This document shows positions 9,628 to 18,673 of a stretch of DNA of 35,345 nt, piece by piece. Below the pieces are notes generated by a model, which searched no databases, was not told the DNA's origin, and was given only the letters and a program-made list of their open reading frames with translations. The stretch spans positions 1 to 35,345 of the forward strand of contig CAZHVK010000013.1 in assembly GCA_964535955.1 (NCBI GenBank), in the 5' to 3' direction. Positions within the stretch are counted from its first letter, which is position 1, and each line of letters begins with the position of its first letter. Position numbers and translations under genes: made by a program. The DNA is from an uncultured Methanosarcinales archaeon (GTDB lineage: Archaea; Nanobdellota; Nanobdellia; Woesearchaeales; CAXGTL01).

Positions 9628-9667
9628 TACTTAACTTTATAAACACTTTTTCTTTCCTTTTTTTATT

Positions 9668-10654
9668 ATGAACAAAGAAACAAAAGAACTAATCACCAAA
9701 GCAAACACAACAACACTCCACAATTTCGGTAGAAATATCTGGTATGGCAGGTGTATATTCTTAAGTTGGTACTGTGACATAGGAACATGTAAGTTTTGTT
9801 ATAGATCAACACAAAAATCAAGGATAAAACATGCACAACATGCTAAGAGAAGTATTGGCTCAATTCTTGTAGAAGCATTACTTGCAAAAAACCTAGGCTG
9901 GAGAATAGAATTCTTAACAGGTGGTTATAAAAGTTTTCCAATTCAAGAACTTGTAGAAATTGCAAAGTTGGTAGAAAAAGTATATGGTGAAAAGATTTGG
10001 CTTAATCTAGGAGCATTAAGTAAACAAGATCTAGACAAGTTCAGACCACATATTAAAGGTATTGTATCATCAATTGAAACTGTTTCACCTGAACTTCATG
10101 GTAAGATCTGCCCTGACAAACCAATTGAACCATATGAAGATATGTTTTCTTATGCAAAAGATCTAAAGAAGAGTATTACGATTGTCATTGGTTTAGGTGA
10201 GAAGCGTGATGATTTTGAATTGTTAAAGAATTTCATTAATAGGTGGAAATTAAATAGAATAACATTCTATGCTTTAAAACCAGTCCAAGACACACCATAC
10301 ACAAAAGGTCCAACAACAGAAGAATATCTTTGGTGGATTGCAAAGACAAGAATCACCTTCCCCCAATTACAAATCATAGCAGGCACAACATTAAGACGTT
10401 ACAAAGAAGTTGGGCAAATATTAAAAGCAGGTGCAAATGCATTTACAAAGTTTCCAATCACAAAAAAGTTCAATTCTGAAGAAGCAAAGTATATTGAAAA
10501 AGATATTAAACAAGCAGGAAGAGAACTCAAAGGCACATTAACACAACTTAAAGACATTGACTGGCACAAACAGATTGACAATTTAGATATTGATGAACAA
10601 ATAAAAACAGAAGTCAAAGAAAAACTAAAAATCTATCTAAAAAGAATGAAATAA
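9668..10654 (+). CDS. radical SAM protein, BioB/HcgA-related
   Basis: YCDIGTCKFCY (CX4CX2C), EFLTGG, SSIET, ITIVIGLGE, FYALKP. Confidence 0.85.
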   Translation: MNKETKELITKANTTTLHNFGRNIWYGRCIFLSWYCDIGTCKFCYRSTQKSRIKHAQHAKRSIGSILVEALLAKNLGWRIEFLTGGYKSFPIQELVEIAKLVEKVYGEKIWLNLGALSKQDLDKFRPHIKGIVSSIETVSPELHGKICPDKPIEPYEDMFSYAKDLKKSITIVIGLGEKRDDFELLKNFINRWKLNRITFYALKPVQDTPYTKGPTTEEYLWWIAKTRITFPQLQIIAGTTLRRYKEVGQILKAGANAFTKFPITKKFNSEEAKYIEKDIKQAGRELKGTLTQLKDIDWHKQIDNLDIDEQIKTEVKEKLKIYLKRMK

Positions 10655-10656
10655 AA

Positions 10657-11151
10657 TTATTCTTCATCACCAAGAATAATCCCTCTTGCATCAAAAACAA
10701 TTTCATTTTTATTATCATTTGAAAATTTTAATTTATAAGATTGAATAACATACTCAACAGACCTAAAATAAAATATATTTTTACCCATGTTCTCAACCAA
10801 TTCTTCTAATAAAACAAGTTCATTATCATAAAACATAGTAACCCCAATCATATCAATACAAAGATCATCAACTCCAATATCAACTGTTTCACCACCAAAA
10901 ATAGGACATTCACCATAAGTACCCATCCTATAGATATATTTACCATAATATGAAGCAAGTTTATTCATCACATCTTCATTATATTCAGTAAAAACAGGTT
11001 GGCTAGCAGCAATAGGATCTTCTAATATCTTATCAAATTCTTGGATAATTTCTACATATTCTTTTGTTTTTCCTTCTCCAATCAATTTGTTTAACATATC
11101 CTTAGGCTGATCTCCTAATTCAATTTTCCAATCTGATTCATCATCCTCCAT
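10657..11151 (-). CDS. hypothetical acidic protein
   Basis: 164-aa ORF with TTTATAAA about 25 bp upstream. Confidence 0.6.
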   Translation of the reverse strand: MEDDESDWKIELGDQPKDMLNKLIGEGKTKEYVEIIQEFDKILEDPIAASQPVFTEYNEDVMNKLASYYGKYIYRMGTYGECPIFGGETVDIGVDDLCIDMIGVTMFYDNELVLLEELVENMGKNIFYFRSVEYVIQSYKLKFSNDNKNEIVFDARGIILGDEE

Positions 11152-11207
11152 AGAATAGATTATAGTAATTATAGTTTATAAAGATTTATGTATTAAAATA
11201 ATAGAAT

Positions 11208-11387
11208 TCATTCAACAATCTTAAACTTCTTACTCAGACCATGACTCAGCTGCACAACCTTAAACTTATCTAATTTCATCTTCTTTGCATATGCTTCTGC
11301 TTTGTCTTTAGATTTAAAAGTTTTTACTCTAGCTGTTCTTTCTCTTCCACCTTTTAACTTAGGCCTTTTCTTATGACTAATTCCCAT
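11208..11387 (-). CDS. small basic protein (59 aa), absent from the ORF track
   Basis: ATG 11387 to TGA 11208: MGISHKKRPKLKGGRERTARVKTFKSKDKAEAYAKKMKLDKFKVVQLSHGLSKKFKIVE; TTTTTAAATA about 25 bp upstream; fills an otherwise empty gap. Confidence 0.7.
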   Translation of the reverse strand: MGISHKKRPKLKGGRERTARVKTFKSKDKAEAYAKKMKLDKFKVVQLSHGLSKKFKIVE

Positions 11388-11506
11388 ATTATAAGTAGAA
11401 ATTAAGTGTATTTAAAAACTTAACTATTTATACCAATGATATATACAAAATAGCAACATTTATAAAAGATGAAACAAAACAAAAACTAGAAAAAGGGTTG
11501 ATTAGA

Positions 11507-12073
11507 ATGCGAAAAGAATTAAGATTTCATGGAAGGGGCGGACAAGGTGCAAAAACAGCTGCAGATTTACTAGCAAGAGCTGCTATTCTAGATGATAAAT
11601 ATGTAAGAGCATTCCCTGAATATGGCCCAGAACGAGCAGGCGCACCTGTAAAAACATTTGTAAGAATTTCTAATGAAAAAATAAGAACCTTTGCACCAAT
11701 AACAAAGCCAGACATTGTCATGGTATTAGATGAAACATTATTAGACAGTGTTGATGTTACACAAGGACTAAAGAAGAAAGGAATTTTATTAGTAAATTCA
11801 AAGAATAAACCAAAAGAAATTAAGAAAAAAACAAAATTCAAAGGAAAAACATTCTGCATTGATGCTTCAAAAATCTCTATAAAACAAATGGGTGTTAATT
11901 TACCTAACATTCCCTTGCTTGGTGCTCTTGTCAAACTAACTAATATTGTTAATCTAAAAAACCTTATGAGTGTTATTAATTACAAATTCAGAAGAAAGAT
12001 AGGTCAAAAAAAGACAGACTCAAACATAAATGGCTTAAAAGAAGCTTATACTAGTATTGATCAAAAAAGCTAA
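11507..12073 (+). CDS. porC: pyruvate/2-oxoacid:ferredoxin oxidoreductase gamma subunit
   Basis: RFHGRGGQGAKT, FPEYGPERAGAPV. Confidence 0.93.
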   Translation: MRKELRFHGRGGQGAKTAADLLARAAILDDKYVRAFPEYGPERAGAPVKTFVRISNEKIRTFAPITKPDIVMVLDETLLDSVDVTQGLKKKGILLVNSKNKPKEIKKKTKFKGKTFCIDASKISIKQMGVNLPNIPLLGALVKLTNIVNLKNLMSVINYKFRRKIGQKKTDSNINGLKEAYTSIDQKS

Positions 12074-12157
12074 CCACTTACCAAGATATTCCCTAGCTTA
12101 GTCCCCTAACAAAATAGGGTGGGTGGTTGGGGGTTTTGGAAGGTGGGAAAAAACAAA
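12071..12157 (+). repeat. hairpin/G-rich dispersed element, family 2 copy B
   Basis: TAACCACTTACC...GGGTGGGTGGTTGGGGGTTTTGGAAGGTGGGAAA; begins at the porC stop codon. Confidence 0.8.
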
Positions 12158-12170
12158 TCAAGGTGATAAA

Positions 12171-12260
12171 ATGAATAAATTAATGGAATATGGAATGTGG
12201 ATTTTATTGGCGATTGCTGGAGTTTTATTAATTATAGGTATAATAAAAACATTTTTTTAA
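12171..12260 (+). CDS. 29-aa single-TM micropeptide, absent from the ORF track
   Basis: AGGTGA RBS then MNKLMEYGMWILLAIAGVLLIIGIIKTFF*. Confidence 0.6.
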   Translation: MNKLMEYGMWILLAIAGVLLIIGIIKTFF

Positions 12261-12268
12261 GATAAAAG

Positions 12269-12451
12269 ATGAAAAAAGAACACAAATTTATAATATTTAC
12301 AGAATTTTGGGCAATCATTGCAATGGTTTTAATATTTTTTAAGATATTGTTGATAAGCCCAAAATGTTTTAGCATTAGTGATGGTTATTTTACAATATTA
12401 CCATTATTTATAACAAAAATATTAGAATTAAAATTAGTATTCAAAAAATAA
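12269..12451 (+). CDS. small hydrophobic protein
   Basis: 60-aa ORF with two hydrophobic segments, tightly packed between the micropeptide and porD. Confidence 0.45.
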   Translation: MKKEHKFIIFTEFWAIIAMVLIFFKILLISPKCFSISDGYFTILPLFITKILELKLVFKK

Positions 12452-12460
12452 AAAAACAAA

Positions 12461-12760
12461 ATGTCAAAAAAAACACAATTAAAAACACACAAACAAATAC
12501 CAATTGGTGGTAGGATAGAAAAACCAGGCAATTCTGTTAATTATAAGACTGGTTCATGGAAAGCATTCAGACCAATCGCAGACCTAAAAAAATGCATACA
12601 TTGTATGATATGTGTTAATTTCTGCCCAGAAACTTGTATCAAGATAAAAAATGGAAAAAGGATTCAATCAGATCTTAGTGTTTGCAAAGGTTGTGGAATA
12701 TGTGCAGAACAATGTCCAGTTAAATGTATTCAAATGAAGCCTGAAGGTGATTTCAGATGA
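12461..12760 (+). CDS. porD: pyruvate/2-oxoacid:ferredoxin oxidoreductase delta subunit
   Basis: KTGSWKAFRP, two CxxCxxCxxxCP motifs. Confidence 0.93.
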   Translation: MSKKTQLKTHKQIPIGGRIEKPGNSVNYKTGSWKAFRPIADLKKCIHCMICVNFCPETCIKIKNGKRIQSDLSVCKGCGICAEQCPVKCIQMKPEGDFR

Positions 12761-13920
12761 AAAAAAGGATGAGAGCAATGACAGGGGCAGAAGCAAGTGC
12801 ATTTGCAATGAAGCAGATTAACCCAGACGTTGTTGCAGCATATCCAATTACACCACAAACACCAGTTATGCAAAAGTTTGCACAATATGTTGCAGATGGT
12901 GAAGTTGACACAGAATTTGTTAGAGTAGAATCAGAACACAGTGCAATGTCAGCATGTGTTGGAGCTAGTGCAGCAGGTGCAAGAGTAATGACAGCAACAG
13001 CTTCAGCAGGATTAGCACTGATGTTTGAGATAGTTGGAGTAGCTTCAGGAAGTAGATTACCAATTGTGATGAGCATTGTAAATAGAGCACTTAGCGCACC
13101 GATTAACATTCATTGTGATCATGGTGATTCAATGGCATGCAGAGACCACGGCTGGTTACAATTTTATTGTGAAACAGCACAAGAAGCATATGAATATACT
13201 TTGTTAGCAATGAAATTAGCAGAACACAAAGACATACAATTGCCAGTCATGGTATGTCAAGATGGTTTTATCACATCACACTGTGTTGATAATGTTCATA
13301 CTTATCCAACAGAATCAGTAAGACAATTTATAGGTAAGCATAAACCAGACAAATGGTTGCTAAACACAAAAGATCCTCACACTGTTGGTCCATTAGAACT
13401 GACAGATTATTATTTTGAAACCAAAAGACAACAAACACATGCAATAATGAATACTTTCAAGATATTTCCTAAAGTTGCTCGTGAATTACGTAGGATTACT
13501 CATAAAAAATATGATTACACAGCTGAGTACAAATTAAAAGACGCAGAAGTTGCAATTGTTGCAATGAGTTCAACATGCGGCATTATAAAAGAAGTTATTG
13601 ATAAATTAAGAAAAAAAGGTAAAAAAGTTGGTTTGTTAAAAGTAAGAATGTTCAGACCATTTCCATATTCAACAGTAAGACAAAGACTTGATCATCTAAA
13701 ATCAATAATTGTAATGGACAGGTCAGAGTCATTTGGTGCTAGGCCACCACTTTATGCAGAAGTCAGAAATGCTTTGTACAAGTTAGATAAAAGACCTAAT
13801 TTAATGAGTGTTATTTATGGTTTAGGTGGCAGAGATATTTATGAAAAAGATATTGAAAAACTTTTCAAAGATATGTTAGGTGGAAAGAAATGGGAAAGGA
13901 GATATGTGGGTGTTAGATAA
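12757..13920 (+). CDS. porA: pyruvate/2-oxoacid:ferredoxin oxidoreductase alpha subunit
   Basis: AAYPITPQT, VESEHSAMS, NRALSAPINIHCDH, YGLGGRD. Confidence 0.95.
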   Translation: MKKRMRAMTGAEASAFAMKQINPDVVAAYPITPQTPVMQKFAQYVADGEVDTEFVRVESEHSAMSACVGASAAGARVMTATASAGLALMFEIVGVASGSRLPIVMSIVNRALSAPINIHCDHGDSMACRDHGWLQFYCETAQEAYEYTLLAMKLAEHKDIQLPVMVCQDGFITSHCVDNVHTYPTESVRQFIGKHKPDKWLLNTKDPHTVGPLELTDYYFETKRQQTHAIMNTFKIFPKVARELRRITHKKYDYTAEYKLKDAEVAIVAMSSTCGIIKEVIDKLRKKGKKVGLLKVRMFRPFPYSTVRQRLDHLKSIIVMDRSESFGARPPLYAEVRNALYKLDKRPNLMSVIYGLGGRDIYEKDIEKLFKDMLGGKKWERRYVGVR

Positions 13921-14171
13921 TGCCAAGCATAATAACAACAGATGATCAAACACAAGAAGATCCTACAGAACTAGGAGCATTAGCATACACATTAAGATCA
14001 AGTCAATCACAAGCAGACCAAATTGCAGAAATTCCTAAATATTTAGGACCACTTGCAGAAGCATATTTAGATTGTTATGAAAAACAAATAGAACAAGCAA
14101 GATCAACTGAACCACCAACTCATGAAGGAAGAACCTTAGGACCATTAAGTAGAAGAGAAATATATGATTAA
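13920..14171 (+). CDS. hypothetical protein between porA and porB
   Basis: 83-aa ORF coupled to porA by a TAATG overlap and overlapping the porB start region. Confidence 0.55.
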   Translation: MPSIITTDDQTQEDPTELGALAYTLRSSQSQADQIAEIPKYLGPLAEAYLDCYEKQIEQARSTEPPTHEGRTLGPLSRREIYD

Positions 14172-15105
14172 AATGAACATAAAAGAATTAGCTCAACTAA
14201 AACAAGACAATGTAAAGTTTGCACCCGGACATAGATCATGCTCTGGCTGTCCATTCCCACCTATTGTCAGAACAGTTTTAGCAGCTGCAAAAGATGATGT
14301 AGTTGTAAGTAATGCAACTGGTTGTTTAGAAGTAACATCAACAATATATCCATACACATCGTGGAAAGTTCCATGGATACATAATGCATTTGAAAATGCA
14401 GCAGCAACAATATCAGGAGCAGAAGCAGCATATGTATCATTAAAGAGAACAGGCAAGATACCAAAAGACAAAGTAATTAAATTTATAACATTTGGTGGTG
14501 ATGGAGGAACTTATGATATTGGTTTACAAAGTCTGTCCGGAGCTTTAGAAAGAGGCCATAAATTCCTTTATGTTCTTTATGATAATGAAGCTTATATGAA
14601 CACTGGTATTCAAAGAAGTAGTGCAACACCATACGGAGCAGCAACTACAACAACACCTGCTGGTAAAGTACATCCAGGCAAAGAAAAATTCAAAAAAGAT
14701 ATAACAAAGATCATGGTTGCACACAATCTTAAATATGTTGCACAAGCATCTGTGCACAATTTAATTGATCTTTATAATAAAGCAGAAAAAGCAATTAACA
14801 CAGATGGTCCTACATTCATAAATGTTTTATCTCCTTGTATTCCTGGTTGGAAAATTGATACAAATTCTGCTATTAAGATTGCAAAGCTAGGTGTTGAGAC
14901 TAATTTCTGGCCATTGTATGAAGTAGAAAATGGCAAATACAAACTAAACTATGAACCTAGCAAACCAAAACCAATTGAAGAATGGCTTAAACCACAAGGT
15001 AGATTTAGACATCTTTTCAAAGAAAAAAACAAACACATTATTGAAAAGATACAAAAACATGTTGATGAAGAGTTTGAAAAGTTAAAGAAGCTATGTACAG
15101 ACTGA
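14164..15105 (+). CDS. porB: pyruvate/2-oxoacid:ferredoxin oxidoreductase beta subunit
   Basis: GHRSCSGC, ATGCLEV, GGDGG...DNEAYMNTGIQRS TPP-binding motif, SPC. Confidence 0.95.
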   Translation: MIKMNIKELAQLKQDNVKFAPGHRSCSGCPFPPIVRTVLAAAKDDVVVSNATGCLEVTSTIYPYTSWKVPWIHNAFENAAATISGAEAAYVSLKRTGKIPKDKVIKFITFGGDGGTYDIGLQSLSGALERGHKFLYVLYDNEAYMNTGIQRSSATPYGAATTTTPAGKVHPGKEKFKKDITKIMVAHNLKYVAQASVHNLIDLYNKAEKAINTDGPTFINVLSPCIPGWKIDTNSAIKIAKLGVETNFWPLYEVENGKYKLNYEPSKPKPIEEWLKPQGRFRHLFKEKNKHIIEKIQKHVDEEFEKLKKLCTD

Positions 15106-15146
15106 TTTACGATAACTTTATAAATAGACATTATTTCTCAAGTACT

Positions 15147-15404
15147 ATGAAAGCTACAATAGTCAATTATAGAATAGGAAGACATCATCAAAAGCCAAGA
15201 CACATGGTTATACATATACAAGATATTGATGACAAAGAAAAAGCTGAAAAATTAATAGGTAAAGAAGTAGTATGGACTACACCAGCTAAAAAAGAAATCA
15301 AAGGCAAGATCAAGTCAACACATGGTAATAAAGGTAATGTTAGAGCTGTGTTTGAAAAAGGTATGCCTGGTCAATCATTAGGAACAAAAGTTGAGATAAA
15401 ATAA
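15147..15404 (+). CDS. rpl35ae: 50S ribosomal protein L35Ae (eL33)
   Basis: IVNYRIGRHHQ, LIGKEVVW, HGNKGNVRAVFEKGMPGQSLG; start reassigned to ATG 15147 (TATA at about 15118). Confidence 0.95.
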   Translation: MKATIVNYRIGRHHQKPRHMVIHIQDIDDKEKAEKLIGKEVVWTTPAKKEIKGKIKSTHGNKGNVRAVFEKGMPGQSLGTKVEIK

Positions 15405-15443
15405 TTCTAATAATAAATAATTAAAAAAAAACAAAAGAAATCC

Positions 15444-15599
15444 TTATTTACCAGGACAAATATTTATTCCAATTGGTAATATTCCTGATGCAATTAGATA
15501 AGTTAAAGCAACACCAACTGCCAGACCTATTAAGAAAAATATCATTTCTTTTTTAAATAATAACCAAACAAATGCTTTTTTACTGAACTTCTTGAACAT
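15444..15599 (-). CDS. small membrane protein, possible class III signal peptide
   Basis: AGGTGA RBS before ATG 15599; MFKKFSKKA followed by a hydrophobic stretch. Confidence 0.6.
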   Translation of the reverse strand: MFKKFSKKAFVWLLFKKEMIFFLIGLAVGVALTYLIASGILPIGINICPGK

Positions 15600-15754
15600 T
15601 ATTATCACCTTTTTATTTTTTATATTTATTATTTTGTACACTTATTTATATACACATAGTATTTAAATGTTTTGAAATTTTTAAGAAATTTAGCATTACT
15701 TCTAAAAAGTGATTACACAAATTATATATATAAATAAGATTAAAATACTAAAAT

Positions 15755-17926
15755 ATGACATATTTAACATCACCTTTGCTTAATTTAGGTGAATTATATG
15801 GTTCTTATTGGTATCTTATTGACTTTGGATTATTGTTTGCTTTTTTCTTTTATGCTCTTACTAATGAAAAAACAGCATCATGGGGAAGCAATGTAGGTGT
15901 TAGTAAGAAACTCTTGAAAACATTTAGTGTAATTCTAACTTTCTCAATGATAATGTTAGAATGGCAAGTAGGCAAGAATTTAGGTGATGTTGCAAGCTTT
16001 GCATTAGTATTTGTTGCATTGATTACATGGCGTATTCTTTGGCATTATTTAAGAGACTTTTCAAAAGACTTTACTAAAGATGGTAAAGAAAGAAAAATAT
16101 CAACAGGAATAATTGCAGCCATCTTAGTACTCGCATTCTTAAATGAATTATTCACAGCAGAAGTATTAACAGATTCATTTGCACAATTCTTATCAGCTAT
16201 TTTTATAGATATAGGTGGATGGATAAGAATACTTCTTGCAGCAGCAGTTCTTTGGGTAGTTATATGGATGTTTTCCAGTTGGAAATCAAAAAGAACACCT
16301 GGTGGTGGTGCAGAGTATGATGAAGGAAGATTAGATGATTTAGACACAAAAATAGGAGAAGTTTCAGAAAGACTAGACACAGCAACAGATGATTTTAGAC
16401 TTGAGATAGATAGACTTGAGGGAAAGATTGACACTCAAGCACAAGAAATTGCAGGACTTCATGACTTGGTCACACAAATACAAGACAAGCTTCAAGAAGC
16501 TGCACAAAGATTTGAGCAGATAGAAGGAACAATAGATGAAATGGAAACTAGATTAGGAGAAGCAGAAACAGGAACACAAGAAGCAAAAGATCTTGCTCAA
16601 CAAGCAGAGCAGCTTGGACAAGATGCAATTGATTATGCAGATGGTGTAAGAAGATATTTAGTAGAAGAAATATTACCAATACAACACAAAGCAATTAAAA
16701 GGGCAAAAGAGATTGCAGAAGAAGCAAAACAAGGATATGAAAATTTGAAAAGAAGATTTGGACTTCATACCGCACAGATACAAGAGATGAAAAAAACCAT
16801 TGGTGATATGGATAAATTCGAAAAACAATTAGCAAAAAAATTAAAAGGATTTAAAGATAAAGCAAGTGCAGATGAATTTGAAAAACAAGTAAGAGCTGAC
16901 ATTGATAAACTTAACAAAGAAAAAGCAACACTAAAACAAGTAGAAGATAAAGTAAGAGAAATCCTTAATGATGAAGTCATAACTGAGATAACTAGGCTAG
17001 AAAAAGAGATAAAAAAACAAGGCGACACAATGATTACATTAAGCAGAAGAATAGGTGATCAAAAAGGAAGACTGACAAGATACAAAACACATATGGCAGG
17101 AAAATTAGGTCAAATGAAAAAAGACATAACACAAGCAAGAAAAGAATATATTAGAATGCAAAAAGAATTAAAGAAATTCCAAGACCAATTAGAAGAACTT
17201 AACAAAAACGCAATAAGCAAACAAGAGCTTGAGGAGCTTACAGAAAGGGTTGGAGCAACTGAGGGAAATATTAAGAAAATAAAAGCATTGACAGCAAAAC
17301 TTCATGAAGATTTGAAAGTGGTTAAAAAATATATTGATGAAGAAGAGAGTTTAGAAAAAGAGATTCAAAAAATAATTAATGAAGCAAAAAGTATTTATGC
17401 AATTATTTCAACTCCTCTTAAGGATTTTGATAACAATAGAAAACAGACAATCAAAGAAATTAATGCATGTATTAAACATTTGAAAAAAGAACCAAAAGGA
17501 ACAAAAAAGATTTTAATGAAAGGGAAATATATGGAAGAATATGGTGAAATAGAAAAATACGCAAGATATGCTATAAAATTAGAAAACAAACTAAAAGCAC
17601 CTTTGGAACAAGGAACATTCTTTTGCTCAGAAACAATATATAAATTATTAAGTCCAAAAAACCAAAAAATAATTGAATTATTTAGAAAAAATTGTGGGAA
17701 TATTTTTAATGCATTCAATGAATCTAAAAAGCTTTTACAAAAATTGCAATTATATTGTAATAAAATAATGGATAAACCTTATGAAGTTGCTTATAAAGGT
17801 CTAATCGACTCTTTAGAAAAACATAAAGAAAATATGGAAACAATAAGAATCACAATGGCAGAACCTTTAGAAGAACTTATAGATATCAGAAAAAGTATAT
17901 ATAAAATGAAAGAAAAAACAAAATAA
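15755..17926 (+). CDS. membrane-anchored long coiled-coil protein
   Basis: About 5 hydrophobic segments in the first ~175 aa, then more than 400 aa of heptad-rich sequence. Confidence 0.75.
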   Translation: MTYLTSPLLNLGELYGSYWYLIDFGLLFAFFFYALTNEKTASWGSNVGVSKKLLKTFSVILTFSMIMLEWQVGKNLGDVASFALVFVALITWRILWHYLRDFSKDFTKDGKERKISTGIIAAILVLAFLNELFTAEVLTDSFAQFLSAIFIDIGGWIRILLAAAVLWVVIWMFSSWKSKRTPGGGAEYDEGRLDDLDTKIGEVSERLDTATDDFRLEIDRLEGKIDTQAQEIAGLHDLVTQIQDKLQEAAQRFEQIEGTIDEMETRLGEAETGTQEAKDLAQQAEQLGQDAIDYADGVRRYLVEEILPIQHKAIKRAKEIAEEAKQGYENLKRRFGLHTAQIQEMKKTIGDMDKFEKQLAKKLKGFKDKASADEFEKQVRADIDKLNKEKATLKQVEDKVREILNDEVITEITRLEKEIKKQGDTMITLSRRIGDQKGRLTRYKTHMAGKLGQMKKDITQARKEYIRMQKELKKFQDQLEELNKNAISKQELEELTERVGATEGNIKKIKALTAKLHEDLKVVKKYIDEEESLEKEIQKIINEAKSIYAIISTPLKDFDNNRKQTIKEINACIKHLKKEPKGTKKILMKGKYMEEYGEIEKYARYAIKLENKLKAPLEQGTFFCSETIYKLLSPKNQKIIELFRKNCGNIFNAFNESKKLLQKLQLYCNKIMDKPYEVAYKGLIDSLEKHKENMETIRITMAEPLEELIDIRKSIYKMKEKTK

Positions 17927-17944
17927 ACACCCAACTTCAAAATC

Positions 17945-18247
17945 ATGATTAAAACTATCACTTCTCAAAAACTAGAAAAATATTTCAGCATAACAAAACA
18001 AGCTCTTAAAAAAGTAAAGATAGTAAACAAACAAACAAAAACAATCAAATGGAAAAGTAATGCAGAAGACTTCCTAGATATGGCAGAAAGATACTTTAGT
18101 GATGCAAAATACTTTAAGAAAAAAGGGGACATTGTGACTGCATTTGCAGCACTTAACTATGCACATGGCTGGCTAGATGCAGGAGCAAGATTAGGATTGT
18201 TTGATGTTGGTAAGGACAATGTATTGTTCACAGTAGATCCAGAATAA
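17945..18247 (+). CDS. DUF357 family protein
   Basis: DFLDMAERYFSDAKYF...AFAALNYAHGWLDAGARLG. Confidence 0.92.
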   Translation: MIKTITSQKLEKYFSITKQALKKVKIVNKQTKTIKWKSNAEDFLDMAERYFSDAKYFKKKGDIVTAFAALNYAHGWLDAGARLGLFDVGKDNVLFTVDPE

Positions 18248-18262
18248 ATAGGTGAAAATAAA

Positions 18263-18673
18263 ATGGCACTCTTCACACACAAAAAAAGAATAAAATTTCC
18301 CAAGCAAGAGATCAATCCTCAGCAGGAAATAAATGAAATATCTGAAAGATTATCATACTTAACAAACAAACAAATACACATAAAAAAACAAAACATAAAA
18401 CAGAACAATGCATCAGAGACAGAAATATTACATTTAAAAAACCAATTAAAGGTAATAAAGTCAGACATTATAGAAATAAAACAAAAAACACAGCAAGTTA
18501 AAAACAATTTTGATAATGCTATAAAAGAACTTAACATGCGTGCAAAGATTGAAGACCTAGACCGTGTAAAAAGAATAATACAAGAATATGATCCAGCAGA
18601 TCTAATACCATATGAAGATTTTAGAAAAATAGCAGAAGAAAGAATTAATGCTTTAATAAATAAACCTACTTAA
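18263..18673 (+). CDS. hypothetical coiled-coil protein
   Basis: 136-aa ORF, AGGTGA RBS. Confidence 0.65.
   Translation: MALFTHKKRIKFPKQEINPQQEINEISERLSYLTNKQIHIKKQNIKQNNASETEILHLKNQLKVIKSDIIEIKQKTQQVKNNFDNAIKELNMRAKIEDLDRVKRIIQEYDPADLIPYEDFRKIAEERINALINKPT

Noticed and set aside
15755..17926. SMC/Rad50 or chemoreceptor call for the long coiled-coil protein
   Set aside because: No Walker A/B, signature motif or MCP signalling hairpin
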